Source: Schizochytrium sp. TIO01
Lineage: Eukaryota > Protista > Bigyra: Labyrinthulomycetes
Assembly: GCA_004764695.1 (NCBI GenBank)
Contig: SMSO01000031.1
Location: 2,890,436-2,954,435, forward strand
Length of the DNA stretch: 64,000 nucleotides
Direction: 5' to 3'
In this document: in pieces, positions 42,722-55,868 of the stretch
Layout of the letters: each line of letters begins with the position of its first letter
How positions within the stretch are numbered: the first letter of the stretch is position 1
Notes under the pieces: model-generated
The model's database searches: none
What the model was told of the DNA's origin: nothing
Seen by the model: the letters and a program-made list of their open reading frames with translations, nothing else
Position numbers and translations under genes: made by a program

Positions 42722-43209
42722 GACAGAAATAGTTTAAGTTGAGCAGAACTGAAGAGCTCAGGTTGCTGTCTACTTAAGTTTCCGTTATGGTCTCTTTTAC
42801 TAACTTGCTATTCATGGTTTTCACGAACACGTTATGCGGGCTTTCTCAGCGTATTCCGGTGCTCTTTTCTTACTTCTAAGCATCTCTTAGTTCTTCAAGA
42901 TTAATGTTGTTATGCCTAGGTCTCCAGGGATGCCTCGACACCATAATTCATCGATCAGTGATCTCAGCAAGGACGCTTCCTCGTAGCCCAACATTCTTTG
43001 CTAGTATAAAGCATCTTCAGGACAGCAAACTTTATCCTTCGTTTTTGGTTTCATTCTTACAGATAATCAGTTTTGGAGGAGCTTGATGTTATCACCTGAT
43101 CTTCTTGCATACTAGTGCAAGCCTGTAGTAGCTAAGAAAGATTTAGACTAAGAGTAAAACAAAACTGTAGGAAAATGATTGAAAACCTAACTTGCATGCA
43201 CAATAGTGT

Positions 43210-43465
43210 CCAAAGCATACTGATTGCCCATATCTGAATCGATAGCTGAGAGTATTAGCATAACTCGATCGAAACATGACAATCTCAATGACCTCAAAGA
43301 AAAACTAACTTTGTAAAATTCGGGGGGAATTCCAAATCGAAAAAGGTTCAAAGCAAAGCTTGTACGTATCCGCAGAAACCAACCTGTTGGAACAAAGCAA
43401 CAACAACAACATTAAACAGAAACTCCGGAACATATGAAATGTGATTATTGCAGAAAGATTCTGAA
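43210..43465 (+). mobile_element. Possible decayed copia gag fragment ending in a truncated zinc knuckle
   Basis: PISESIAESISIT...NLNDLKEKL...MKCDYCRK with internal stops. Only the first CxxC of a CCHC knuckle is present. Confidence 0.28.
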
Positions 43466-46400
43466 AGGTGATTCTGATTAGCTTGAGGTTGGCTGTGAAG
43501 ATGAATGTAAGAGGCTTGATGAAGGCTTTTAAGAAGGTTGATTTACGAGTTAGCGAACTGCTGTTCTGGGGAATGAATTTCCAGGACAGATGGATTCATG
43601 TAGTAGCTAGGGAGATTAAGACTTTTTTGAAATTGGTTAGAGCTAATCGATGGGGTTAGGTTAATCCAACTTCTAAACTATGCTTGGATGTAGGTCATGT
43701 GTATTCACACTTCTAGTTCTTGGCTTCAGCAGTCACGTGAGTCTCGCTGCCTATTCTTGCTCTATTGTAAACCTTATGTCTACTGGGGTTTTACAAAGGG
43801 ACATCAAGAACTCTAGCAATATCTTGTCCACAAGTTCCTTCGATTGGATATTTCAGCAAAAGATTAGCCTTGAAAGTTCAAACAGTAGAATCAAAGCACT
43901 AATATGCATAATTTGTAATAGAGCTGGGTATATGACAGTCAATGAGGAAATCACCAAATCCAAACATCTGAAAGCAAACGTCGATATTACGGTTCTGCGA
44001 ATACATTTCCTGTGAAACTGTTCAACCAGGGGAACCCAAATGTTTCAGTTTGATAATGACAAATGTCGGCGCATAGTTGAAACCAGAGTTTAAGAGCCTA
44101 TAAGACACATATTGTTTCACCATTAATTCTGAATGTAACATGTCTGTAACAACATATTTTCTTTATTCCGTAATTACGTGGCAGTGAGAACTGTATTATG
44201 TGCGCTGCATAAGGTTCTGGAATGCACATTATAGGAATAGAAATAACGAATATAACATAAACACCCCGTATCTGTAAAGTCCCAATGGTGTATGGCAATA
44301 TTCGACTCCAACTATAAGCGGTATTCTATCATGAGATTTTAAACATTACAGGATGAGCTACATAGAGTTTGAGCAAAGAAATAGGCGCTCCTTCCAAGGG
44401 CAGAATGAGCGAAGCTTAATTTATTCAAGGCACCGATGCAACACGTCAGATGCTGATATGGGTGCTTAAGAGGTTCGTACTCTTCGTACATTCTTCATTT
44501 AATTTACATGCTCAAATTTCAAGCACTTCCAGTTATAGAACTTTAACATTACATGGGAAGCGTACTCATGAATCGAATACATTTGCTTGAATACTTTAAC
44601 GTGCGGGCTTTGTAAGCTATTCTGGGCCTTCTCTTGGTTTCAACAAATGTACAGAGTCTATTTAGAAAGCAAGTTTTATCTCTCAAAATCGATACTAAAA
44701 AGGTTGTATGCGTTACTCTTGCCATATACACTCACACGGGAGTCGTAGGTCACTAAAGTAGGTCGTTGTGTAGATGTTTAACTCTTTGCCAACTCACAGG
44801 TGACTTGTCAAATTACTTATGCACATTTTACGACAAGCATATACTTCTTGTTAAAGAAAGGGGATAGCACGGTCAGCCTTCAACCCAGCCTACCGGAGTT
44901 GGGATGCATCTATGTGTAAGCAAAATAACTAGTACTCTAGCTCTGCGCCTTTCATGTTAAATATTACTTAACTAGAAAATATTAGATATAAGAATTCTTG
45001 ATCGACCAACTGCGGTAAATGTATCATTTTGACTTGACATATTGATGACAGAATTCAACCAACACCCTGATGAAAATGATCTTCTCTTCGTTAAAGAAGG
45101 ATTAGCAGGAAATTATTCCAAAGGCATAATACCTTTTTCCAAACATAAACAGTTGAAGAATATGCTGTATTGGTTCAGATGTTTGCGAACTCAATACATG
45201 TAACGTCAAAGACACGGAGACTTAACTCCTAAAAAGTAAAATTGTATACTATAGAAATTATATGAATTCTAACAGATGGCTCCAACAGCTAAAAATGATG
45301 CTAGAACTCATGCATATAATGTAAATTTATGTTGGCAGGAGAAAGAGTAATAGAACGAAAAATTTTTAAATTCCCTTGTGAAAGATTTCGTCATGTCTCG
45401 TATTTTCATGTTTTAAGAATAGATTATGACAATGCTGATATCCTTAATTTTTAAATTACATTTTCATGAGTGTAAACTATAATCTTTCTCGTTTGAATTG
45501 AAGATGCTGGACCTCAAAATTCACGAATGATATAGTATTCGCTCCACAAAGGCCTATCTTCTAAAGTTATACTTATTATTTTACGTTGGACCCTTGTGCA
45601 ACTCAATCTCATCTTCTTCAAGAGATGCATGATGTTTGCTTTCTTTATTTATTGTGGTTAAAAGATGCAAGAACTTTTGAAATGGATATAATTTTATTGT
45701 ATCTTAGAACGAGTTCACTACTACTGTGTGTTCAACAGCTCAATATAGCGTCAACAATTCGTATCAGATGAAAAGGAAAATGCAAACTAGTTTTTTTGAC
45801 TTTGGATTGCCACAGGATTGTAAAAACTAAATTATTTCATTTTTGGTGGAACAAGCTTCTAAATTAAGCTTTTTTAAAACCTTGGAAATAGAGTTGCAAA
45901 TGTGTAGTTATTATAGGAAAGGTTTTGGGTCTTTGATTCTGTGATTCGTAATCGTCTAAAGGATTGAGAAATAGAAAATTGATAGATTTGCTTGTAGATA
46001 GTTATGGATTCACGACATAGTCCCTCAACTTCTTCGGTTAAAATGTAGAACTAACTATAATATTTTCTCCAAGGTTAGAGTTGGTTGAAGCAAACTACTC
46101 ATCTGTGAACGATTAGAAAGCGCTTAACGCGAGAGTCATGATCGGCGTCGTGAGAAACAAAACTTTATGTAAGAGGAAAGTATTCTATCATAGAAATTCT
46201 TTGGTTCTTCGTGATGCAGGAGCTGAAAAAGAATGCTTTTTTTCACGGATGAGTTCTAATTCTTGCAACTCATTGGGGCTATCTAAAAGTCAGCATTAAC
46301 TACGAAACTGAGCTAGGGCAGTGGAAGCGTTTACATCTTCACCTATAATTCAGATTTATTTAAGCGCAGCACATGCCACCAGCCAACTATACGAGCTTCT

Positions 46401-48925
46401 AGATAGGTCTCAAGGAAACTGCAGTTCTGGGGTATGCTTCAAAATGAGCTTCTCTATAACAAGCTGATTTGATTGAAAAAGAAAGAGAAAAAAACTAACC
46501 TTCAAAAAATGGCTAAATCAGGTGTATCCCCCTGCTTTCAGGGACTTGCCAGAAAGTTCTGCAGCAAGTAATACAGGCAAGAATCGACACAATGTTCGCT
46601 TTTGCAGATTCAAACCTTTCTTTGAAGATAAGATCTACTTTCTTGATATTTGTCCGCAAGTTTAAAGAATCTTAAAGAGAACAGCCTCGTCTCAGAAGAA
46701 AGTTTAATTCGATAGGTAACTAGTGAATGCGCGAGTCTCTGTTCGTCGTAAATAAGTGATTGAATAAGTAGATCTGTTTCCTTAAGTCTAGTCTCCTATT
46801 ATATAAACTTGAGCGCATTATATGTGCTAGTGCATCAGTTTTGTCCTCAAGTATAGATACTAAAAATAAAGAAGGCAAATATAAATAAGTAAAGTTCAAA
46901 CGCCTGCCTCGGTGTCAACTAGAACAGTAATCCCCTTGTTGCGCATCTGTCTTCAAATGTCTTGAGAATTGTGTGCGACCGCTGGCTTGTATTGTAAATT
47001 TTAAAAGACTGAGAAAAAACTTGAACAACAACAACAACAACCCTTTTAAATATATATAAATAAATAGAAATTGTCCCTGGAGTAACTCTTCAATCATAAA
47101 ATTCAACAAGGAAAGGGACGCAATTGCACTCAACCTATAGTTACCGTAGCATTTAGAGCCATGGCAGCAGGTCCCGACCTACTTACGTGCCATGCATCGC
47201 CCAACTCTCATCCGATTCGTTTCTATGATTTACTCGCCCACGAACGCTTGAGGCATCGGCGCGTAATAACACCACACCATTTTCCAAAGGTACTGTGTGA
47301 TGGAGATGATAAGGACTCAAGGGTCACCTTCATCGAGTCATTCTTTCGACGAGGAAAGAAAAACAAAAGAAAAACAACGCAAAAGCAAGAAGATAAGAAA
47401 ATGTAATTCATGCAACCAACGTTTAAGGCAAACAAAATGAAATAAAAAACAGCGAGTGACCTGGAGGCGTAGCAGCAGCAGAAGATGGGGCTTTCGTTCA
47501 GCCTGATCAGACTCGTGGGGCGTGAAGTCAACCGCAGCGTCATGAGGCGTGGCGTCCAATCTGCAGCTGGCGCGTCCCTCCCTTACGTAGGTTGGTATGC
47601 GATGATCGATCTGCCGTGATGACAAAAAGCATCTTCGTAGCAAATGGGACCACAATGATATAGAATAAGAATGACCTCCTCGTCAGCATGCACCGGTTCC
47701 TGTATTCTAAGCCCCCCGTCGTTCGTTTGCTCGCTTTTTTCGCTCTCTTCGAACGCAATCTGCGGATCCTTTCTTTGTCTAAACAGGAGACCGTTTTCTA
47801 CAGCGAGGTATATTCATTCACTTTGGTTTAGATATTGGTTTAGTTATTTCCATTTGGGAATGAAGTCACGAGTATGGTCTCAAGAGGATGCAAATGGTCC
47901 TTTGGGTCTGCGTCCTGGACAGGTTTCAAGTTCTTAGCACAACAGATGGTGGTGCCCAGTTCTTATAGTTTTCATTCAGAGAGACAAGCTAAATGTTATT
48001 TGCAATCTGAAGCTAGGTAAGCAATCCTTGTTTTTTAATATTAAAATCAGAATGTATAAATATAAACAAAGAAGATAATCGCGCCTACTTGCTTAGTGTT
48101 TGTTCTAGCATACACATATCCCCAAGAACCCGGAGTTCCATCCGCCGTTCAGAGAACTTTTCTTTCTCGATTCTCGATTCTCTATTCATTTCTCCTTTTG
48201 GTCCTATCAATTGCGAGCGGATCAAAGGCAGAGATTAAAACGGCCAAGCAATGGGACACCCTTCAAGCAGGGGAGTTTGCGTCATTAAGTGCCTCAGGGC
48301 GCAGTTTTTGGAGTTTCCTTTTGAGAGTTTATTCAAGTCTTCATGATGAGTTAGTTCTTCAGCTATTCGGGTTAGATCGCGCGGTCCGCACTTGTGCAAT
48401 TCTTCGATTCTCCAATTGCGTGTTCCTGGCGCAAAGGAACCTGCTGCTAACTTCTGCTCGTCAAGGATGCTCCGTCGGGGCCGCCAATTCGGAGGCGCCT
48501 TCCGCAGGCTCGGGCAGTCTTTGTGGGAGCAAGATTAGCGAACGCATGCGACCCCAGCGGCCTTGGAATATTATTTTGCGGGTGGATGCCGCGGTCGGCG
48601 ATGCCATTGCCGTTCTTGGCGATGCCGTGGATGAAGTAGACGAAGACCACCTCCTCGAAGCGAGCTGAGTGGCTGTGGTATGCATGCATATTACCATTCC
48701 TTGGAATTGCAATCCTTCAAGGAGACTCACGAACTTGTGCGTTCATGCGCTCGGACCTTCGAGGGGTTCCAAAAGGACCTGGAGATCTGCGATGATGCAA
48801 GCTGCTTTCACGGTCGATCGTTGTACGGCTTACCTTGGATTCATTAAACTTCTCCTTTGCTCGTTCGTCCGATTTGCGCAGTGCAAAGAAGGTCATAGGC
48901 ACAGAATGAAGAACCTCATTGACTG

Positions 48926-49013
48926 ATTCATTCATTCATTCATCCATTCATTCATTCATTCATCCATTCATTCATTCATTCATTCATTCATTCATTCATT
49001 CATTCATTCATTC
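48926..49013 (+). repeat. (ATTC)n microsatellite, ~22 units with two ATCC variants
   Basis: Directly visible. Confidence 0.95.
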
Positions 49014-52000
49014 TCTAGTTCGCGCTGTCTCCGAATTCCTCGTTCTGAAATGTACGTTGCTAGGAACCAGTAAATCCTGCAGCAATCCATTCAGAGGCAT
49101 CATAAACCTGCTTCTTTGATGATGAGTACAGTCATATTTATCGATTGTCTTGCGCATCGTCAGGTCATTAAAACAAAGAAAAACATGAAGAACTCGTAGG
49201 CCCAATCAAACAGATAGATGATGTCCAGCACGCCAAAGCCAATGCATCGTATGGAATCAGTGCTTCTTCAACGAGAGGTGTCGATCGATTCACAGCACTT
49301 AAGGGAGACTAAGATGGCAGAAGCATCCAGTGCTAGAATCTCATAGGTAACTGATAGTAAGGAAGGCTAAGAGTATTTGGTCCTCGCCGCCGTTCGCTGA
49401 GGTCTCCCTTTTTGTTTGTGAGATGCAGCGGTCCTGACGTGGAGGAGTTCAATCTCTTAGTTGAAGAGGAGCCCGAAGCTGTTTCTGGGCACCCATGCAA
49501 AGACTCACAGAAAGATGCAACGCGACTCGTCTTTTCTACGGTCGTGAGACAAACTTTGTCTACACGCACAGCCTCTCGCTCCGCTTCGCCGCATGCGCTG
49601 GGGTCCCTTACTACAACTGCTGTGAAGCGAAGAAGCTTTGCAACTTATAGTGCACGCAGCTCCAGCAGGGTTCTCACGCACGAAGAACTCATTGAGAACA
49701 GCGCTACGAGCTGGGGCAGCTTCGTCCTGCCGAGGTTGGTCTCGAAATTCACGAAGCTGTCGTGATCACAAGCCTGGCAAATGTGAATCATATAACGAGT
49801 TTGCTTATTCCAGCGATCCGTTGACTCTGCGCAAAACTTTTCGAAGGTACACTTACACGCGGTGAAGCATCTGAGTCTTTTTGCGTGCAATACGCCCAAG
49901 TTTGAGATGAACTCGGTAGAGCTATGGCCCCATCGTCCTCGACATTTCATGATTCTCTAGTTTGCAATCGAGATTTTAGTCTTTCTTTCTTTAAGTTCCA
50001 TGTCCCATAGATTGACCATCGTGCTTGAGAACTTGAAGGCTTCCTGGAACAGGGCTTCAAGCTCTTGTTTAGTTTGAGCCTTCAACAATAATTAATGAAT
50101 GTTGCGCTCGTTATTGTCGTAGCTTCTGAGGCCGAACAAAGCTTGAGCACAGCTGCAAATGAGAGAGACTCAGAGGACCCTGCGCACGCCTTGAAGAGAA
50201 TCTATTAGCGCACTCGAGATTCTATTGTCCTAACTGATGATTTCAAAGAAATAAGAACAATTTAAAACTGCTAAGTAAAGACTAAAGCACGAGAAAAGGC
50301 AAAATCCAAGCATTTAATGGACTAGGAGATGGGCAAATTGCAATGCCGTAGTAGGGCTATCATTGGCTTGTTGATGAAACGTTGGGCCCGTGAAGACGAA
50401 GGGACGTCCAATTCTTAATACATATAAGTCTGAGCTTGAACGAAGAAACACATTTCATATATATTAAAAATAAATAAGTAAATAAATAAATGAATAAAAT
50501 TAAATAAAAAGAAAGATAAAGAAAACAGAAGAAGTGTTTGTCCAAGTTCGACTTCTGAGATTGTATTCCAAAAAGAAAGTAAGAGTTCTTTCATTCAGCT
50601 AGTAGTAGTTAAGTGATATCCTAACTGAGAGTGAGAGAGAGATTGCACTGACGACCATAATGCATTGATTGGCCCTGGCAGTAGATACCTACTACCTCTC
50701 AGCTAGCAAGAGCTTAGCATCGCCATCGATGAACCGTTCAAGCGGCCAATCCCGATCGTGCGCTGCATTGCATTTGGCCGATGCTTCAACACTTAATTGC
50801 TTCTACATTTGCATGCAGTCAGTCAACCATCATATAAGTGTCACTCAGTCAGCCATAATTAATGCGAATGGACCAATTCCCAAGAAATGCAGCCTTTCTT
50901 ATAAATAATATAAATAATTAGACAAGCAATAGAAAAATCAAACATCCAGCCACGTGCTTTTCTACGAGTTAGGATTCCTTCCTTCTTTCCTCCTTTCCTT
51001 CCTTCGATCAGTAACGAGGAATAGATTTCATGGAGATCTTTGAATGGCTGTGGAAGAAGGTCTGATTTAATATATGTAGACATATCCATATGTATGTATA
51101 TGTCTACAGAAATAATGTATCTACGGTCGTCAGAGATCTCTAGTCTGCGGCCGCGGGGAACCTCGAGTAGCCTGGATAGGTGGTGCATGGGTAGTACCCG
51201 CTAGCACAATCAAATAAGCAAATCATAAATCAAATAATCGAACAAATCATGAAACAAATCATTGAACATATAATCGAACAATGGATCAAACAGAGCGACT
51301 GTCCGGCTATGAAAACTTGACTATCAAGGGGACGAAAAGGTGGAGGATGGGAGTTATCTTCAATCACGAGTGACGTGCAGAAATAGCTGTAATTTCGACG
51401 CTGAGAACGCTCGCCATGATCCAAAGCAGAAATCGAACCGCGACTAACATCGAGGCTCGTTTTGGAGGCTGGTTTTCTTGAACTAGTCACTACAGGCTCC
51501 GTCTCTCTCCAAAACTCATTCACTCATTCACTCACCCACCCAAATAGTTGGTTGGCTATAGCTAGCTAGCCATCGTGACTTTGCAAACGTTCTTTCGTCA
51601 GAGTCCTCCCTTGAAATCCTTGATTCCCTGAGACTTAGTGCTACAGGTGACGAGATTTTCCAATAAGTTTACGAAGCTGGTGATCGGCGCAGTGTCAGAC
51701 TGAAAGTTCACGTGGCCTTGGCACTCACTTTGCAAAGGCTTATTTATGAGCGATCGACTCAGTTGAATTCCAAGAATCGATGAACTGCAAAATTGCTGGG
51801 GCCGCTGTAAATAAACACATGCATACTACTTTCATGGCGTATGAATGAATCTATCGATACCTTACGCTTTATAAATCAAGCCATATCAAATCGAATCAAA
51901 GCAAAGCAAAGTAGGTCCACAACCACTCGAGCTGTTTGAGCACTTGGTAAAGTCCTTCCAAGCCAGCGAGCGGTCTAAGATGCGATGTACGTAAGTAAGC

Positions 52001-53304
52001 ACAATTAATCGCTTCCTTCCCTGATAAAGGTGGCTTACTTGCTTGGTTGCTTGCTTCAAAGGATGAACTCGCTTCGAGAGTGAGTGCCAAGCGATGGGCC
52101 CAAGCAACTCCACCAGTTCAACACCGCAGGTTCAGCCATTGCAGCGTCGATGATGGATCGATCGAGCAGCCGATTTCATCTCGAGCTCCGTCACATGAAT
52201 CACTCAGCTTGAGGACTCGAGGAGGTTGGTTGGTTGGTCTTCCTCCTTTCGAGACAAGATTGATTTGTAGAACCAACAAACAACAACCAACAAACAATCA
52301 AACAATCAAACAATCAAACTGACCACCAATAAACAAACAGACGGGGATTCAAGATGCCTGGAATTGATCGAGTGGGGTGTCGCAGGTGCTTAAGCGCGTA
52401 CTTTCTAACAACTCGGACTTTGTTGGAAATCACAAATCAGTCGTTCGTTCGTTCGTTCGTTATGATCGATAATCCAGGCTGCAGGCGCCTGCTTATGTGT
52501 TTGTCTTCTGTGAATCTGCCACTCTGGGAGTCTGAGAGTCTGTCCTGTCGGTCTCTGCTGCGAATCAATCCTTCGGGCTTGGGGCGTTCCTCTGCAGGTT
52601 CCTACGATGTTGTTTGATCGATGGGTTTGATTGCGATTGGTCGATCACTTGGACGATTGATTCGAGTTGTATGTTGGTTGGTGTAGCTACCTAGCTATGG
52701 TGCTTAGCTGCTCATGCATCAATCAATTTCTGGCTATTTGTAAGTCTGTTTGGAACTTGAGGAGATTGTCGTGAGGAGTCCAAGTGTTGTGAAGAACTAA
52801 GTAGGTAGGGCCGTAGGCAATAAATAAATACCTGCTACTACGGCACTAGCAGGTAATTCGAGCCAAAGTTCTTTGCGCCGGCTGATTGTAATTGGAGGGT
52901 TTAGTTTTAGTTTCACATTTAGTTTTAGTTTGTTGGTTTGATTGCGAGTTCACGTTTGATTGTCTGTCTGTTAGTAGGCTTGCCTAAGAGTTCTCATTGC
53001 AATTTGGTTCATTTCCATCTAAAAGTTGTTCTTCATCCCTTCACCCACCCTCTGTTTGGTTCAGGGCCCCGGAGGCGAGAGAAAGAAGTCGATGATCTCG
53101 TTTCTTGCTTTCAAGTTCTTCTTTCAAGATGTCTCATGTTGACAATCAAACAAGTCAATTCATTGATTCATCCTTTTCTTCATGCATCCATCGTTGATGT
53201 CTTCAAGTTGTCCGGGTTCTTCCTCGAAAGCCAACTTCCTCACTTTACTCCTTCACGCCTCACGCGCCTGAAGGAGCGTGGCCCTACGTGGCGATCAATC
53301 ATTC

Positions 53305-53457
<153 letters not shown>

Positions 53458-54749
53458 ATCAAACCCAACCTTACCTAACACTAGCCATCCACACCTCGGA
53501 TTTCCCTCATAGCTTTGGCAGATCTTTTGCGGGTGAACGAACGGCAGGTGTGCAATGGGATGAGCGGCGCCTGAAGTGAAGTGAAGTGAAGTGAAGTGAG
53601 AGAGGGATCTTCGCTGGGTCTCTTTATTATTAAAGAAGAAAAGAAAAGAAAAGAAAAGAAAGAATTTAATTGTCTTTTTGATCAAATGGAAAACTTGGAA
53701 AAGTTTGACTCAATCACTCTGCTTCGCTTTCCTTTCTTTATTCTAGTAAGCAGGTACATCAACTCTTATACAGCACAATGGGCAGTTGCTCTAGAGTAAG
53801 CAGAGTAGGATTTCTTTCCAGTACAGCCAGGAATTGGAATTTGGAGGAGCCATCAGAGGCCAAGTAAGAGTGTGCTATTGGACAGTAGTAGTGGTCCCAG
53901 CCAGAGTGAGTAAACAGGTTTCTTAAGGCACTGTAGGTAAGTACCTAACTCGCTCGCTAGTAGTTTAGGACTAGCTGACTAGGGCCATTTAGGGTGGAGT
54001 AGAAGAACTTGAAGAGGCACAGGCTTCGTTTTACGCGTTTTCTATGCAACGAATCAAAAGTTGGGTTGAGCATGCCACGGTCAGTTTAAGGCTCCCTTCG
54101 CGCAGAGGGCTACAAGGCTTTAGGGTATTTATTGATGGGAGGAGGAGGACCTTGTCGTCGTAGAAGTTTGCATAAGAGTATGGAATCATCAGTTTATAAT
54201 ATTATCTTTGGTACACAGACTTATTTTCGGAGTGTTCATCAGAATACATCACATCAGACAGTATGGATGCTTGTCAGGCAGATATAAGGGGTCATGGGGG
54301 GAAAGTACAGAGCACTTGGCGCGTAGAAAACTTTAGAGGAGTAGCAGTAGCAATGACGACATTGGCAGGAATGTAGCGACTGTCCGCATGAATCGTTTCA
54401 TTTTCTTTGCATTACTTTTTTTCTTCTTAATGCAAGAGAAGCGATTGACGGTGGTCGCACGAATTAGTCATTCACATGAGAGGTATTATTAGATTGTCGC
54501 CTCTTGGAGAGCTCCTACTACTGCTGCTGATGTTAGTTCATTCTCCAAAGTTTTCTCTTTATTAGCTTGGTTGCTTGGTTGGTTGATTGATTGATGCGCT
54601 TGCTTTGCGCACCCCCCACCACTTTTTTGTAGTCACATGGAGCCCGCTCGACTTTTTGAAGTCCTGCGCGGATCATTAGAAAAGGGTTAATTTGATTGTG
54701 TGCTTTGTTTGGTTGTTTGGATGCGTGCGGCTTGTGAGAGAGAATGTGT

Positions 54750-55868
54750 TCAGGAGCGAACAGAGCGCGGGGATCGCTGCGCTGAGACGGCAAGGTCAAG
54801 CGCGTTAACGAGTTGGGCAAGCTCGTTGAGGGTGAGGGCAGACTTGCAGGTCTTGGCAAAGGTGGAGAAGAGGGTAAATGTTGCGTAGGCGAGGAAAGAC
54901 GAGTCGATGTCGGGCTCCATGCCGGACAACATGCTTTCGAGCGTGCTTACAGTGACCGAGTCTCCGCGCACCTCTCCCTCCATGACCTTGGCCTCGAAGA
55001 TCTCAAAGAACTTAGCCTTATCCCAGTGCGAAAGGCTAGATGCAGCTCCACGGACAGCTGCCTCGGTACCTTGCTGGAGCGAGTGCTGCTGCTGTTGCTG
55101 CGGCTGAGGTAGGTAGTGTTGCTGTTGTTGTTGTTGCTGCTGCTGCTGTTGCTGGTGTTGCTGCATAAGAATACCAGTCTCGCGGCTCGAGTAAGATCTC
55201 GGCGAGCCTGTGATGCTCGAGTCCTCTGCAGAGATCTCTTGCATGAGATCAGCAAGGTCATTGAGCGACACAAGCAACGCAAATCTTTCGGCATGGAAGA
55301 GGTACAGGACGACCTTGAGCACGTCGATTGTGGTTGTGCCATCCTTGGCAGCGGAGGCTACATGCTTGCAGAGAGCTGCGAGGGCTTCGAACATGGGTCT
55401 CCACGCGAGGAGATCGACCCATAGGTCGAAGCTTGCAGGTCCTACGAGGACATGCTTTTGCAGCGCAAAGTATCTTGAGAGCTGTGATTGCAATTGGCGG
55501 TCCCTCTGAAGTCTGGCAATGACGAGTTTTTCAATTCTCGATGCTGTAGCTGCAGCCTTCTGCTCCGCTCGGTTGGCCTCGTCGTCCTGCTCGATCCGCA
55601 CCTGAGCATAGGAGTCCCCATTGCTGCTTGAGCAGCTGCTGTCACGTTGCTTGAGCACGCTGCTGTCGTCCTGAGGAGTCGGGCTCACGGGCATCTCCTC
55701 GAGGCTCTTTAAGCCGGCGCCCAGCTCCGTGTGCCGCTGCTGGTACTGTTGTTGCTGTTGTTGCTGGTATTGCTGGTACTGCTGCTGAGCGTTGCCAGTC
55801 ATGCCGCTGTACATTGTTTCCTCATCGTTGGCGCCCTTGAGCGCCCTTCGAAGCCACGCGAGCGCCAT
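54750..55868 (-). CDS. Hypothetical poly-Gln protein, possibly with degenerate EF-hand-like helices
   Basis: 372-aa ATG ORF with coding-like GC content against AT-rich flanks and two CAG/CAA poly-Q tracts. Helix-loop-helix-like segments: LVSLNDLADLMQEI, VTVSTLESML, LFSTFAKTCKSALTLNELAQLVNAL. Confidence 0.72.
   Translation of the reverse strand: MALAWLRRALKGANDEETMYSGMTGNAQQQYQQYQQQQQQQYQQRHTELGAGLKSLEEMPVSPTPQDDSSVLKQRDSSCSSSNGDSYAQVRIEQDDEANRAEQKAAATASRIEKLVIARLQRDRQLQSQLSRYFALQKHVLVGPASFDLWVDLLAWRPMFEALAALCKHVASAAKDGTTTIDVLKVVLYLFHAERFALLVSLNDLADLMQEISAEDSSITGSPRSYSSRETGILMQQHQQQQQQQQQQQQHYLPQPQQQQQHSLQQGTEAAVRGAASSLSHWDKAKFFEIFEAKVMEGEVRGDSVTVSTLESMLSGMEPDIDSSFLAYATFTLFSTFAKTCKSALTLNELAQLVNALDLAVSAQRSPRSVRS

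Noticed and set aside
39230-46900. Possible endogenous giant-virus or mirusvirus insertion in the AT-rich block
   Set aside because: There are no long ORFs or viral hallmark motifs; the only recognisable remnants are copia-like.
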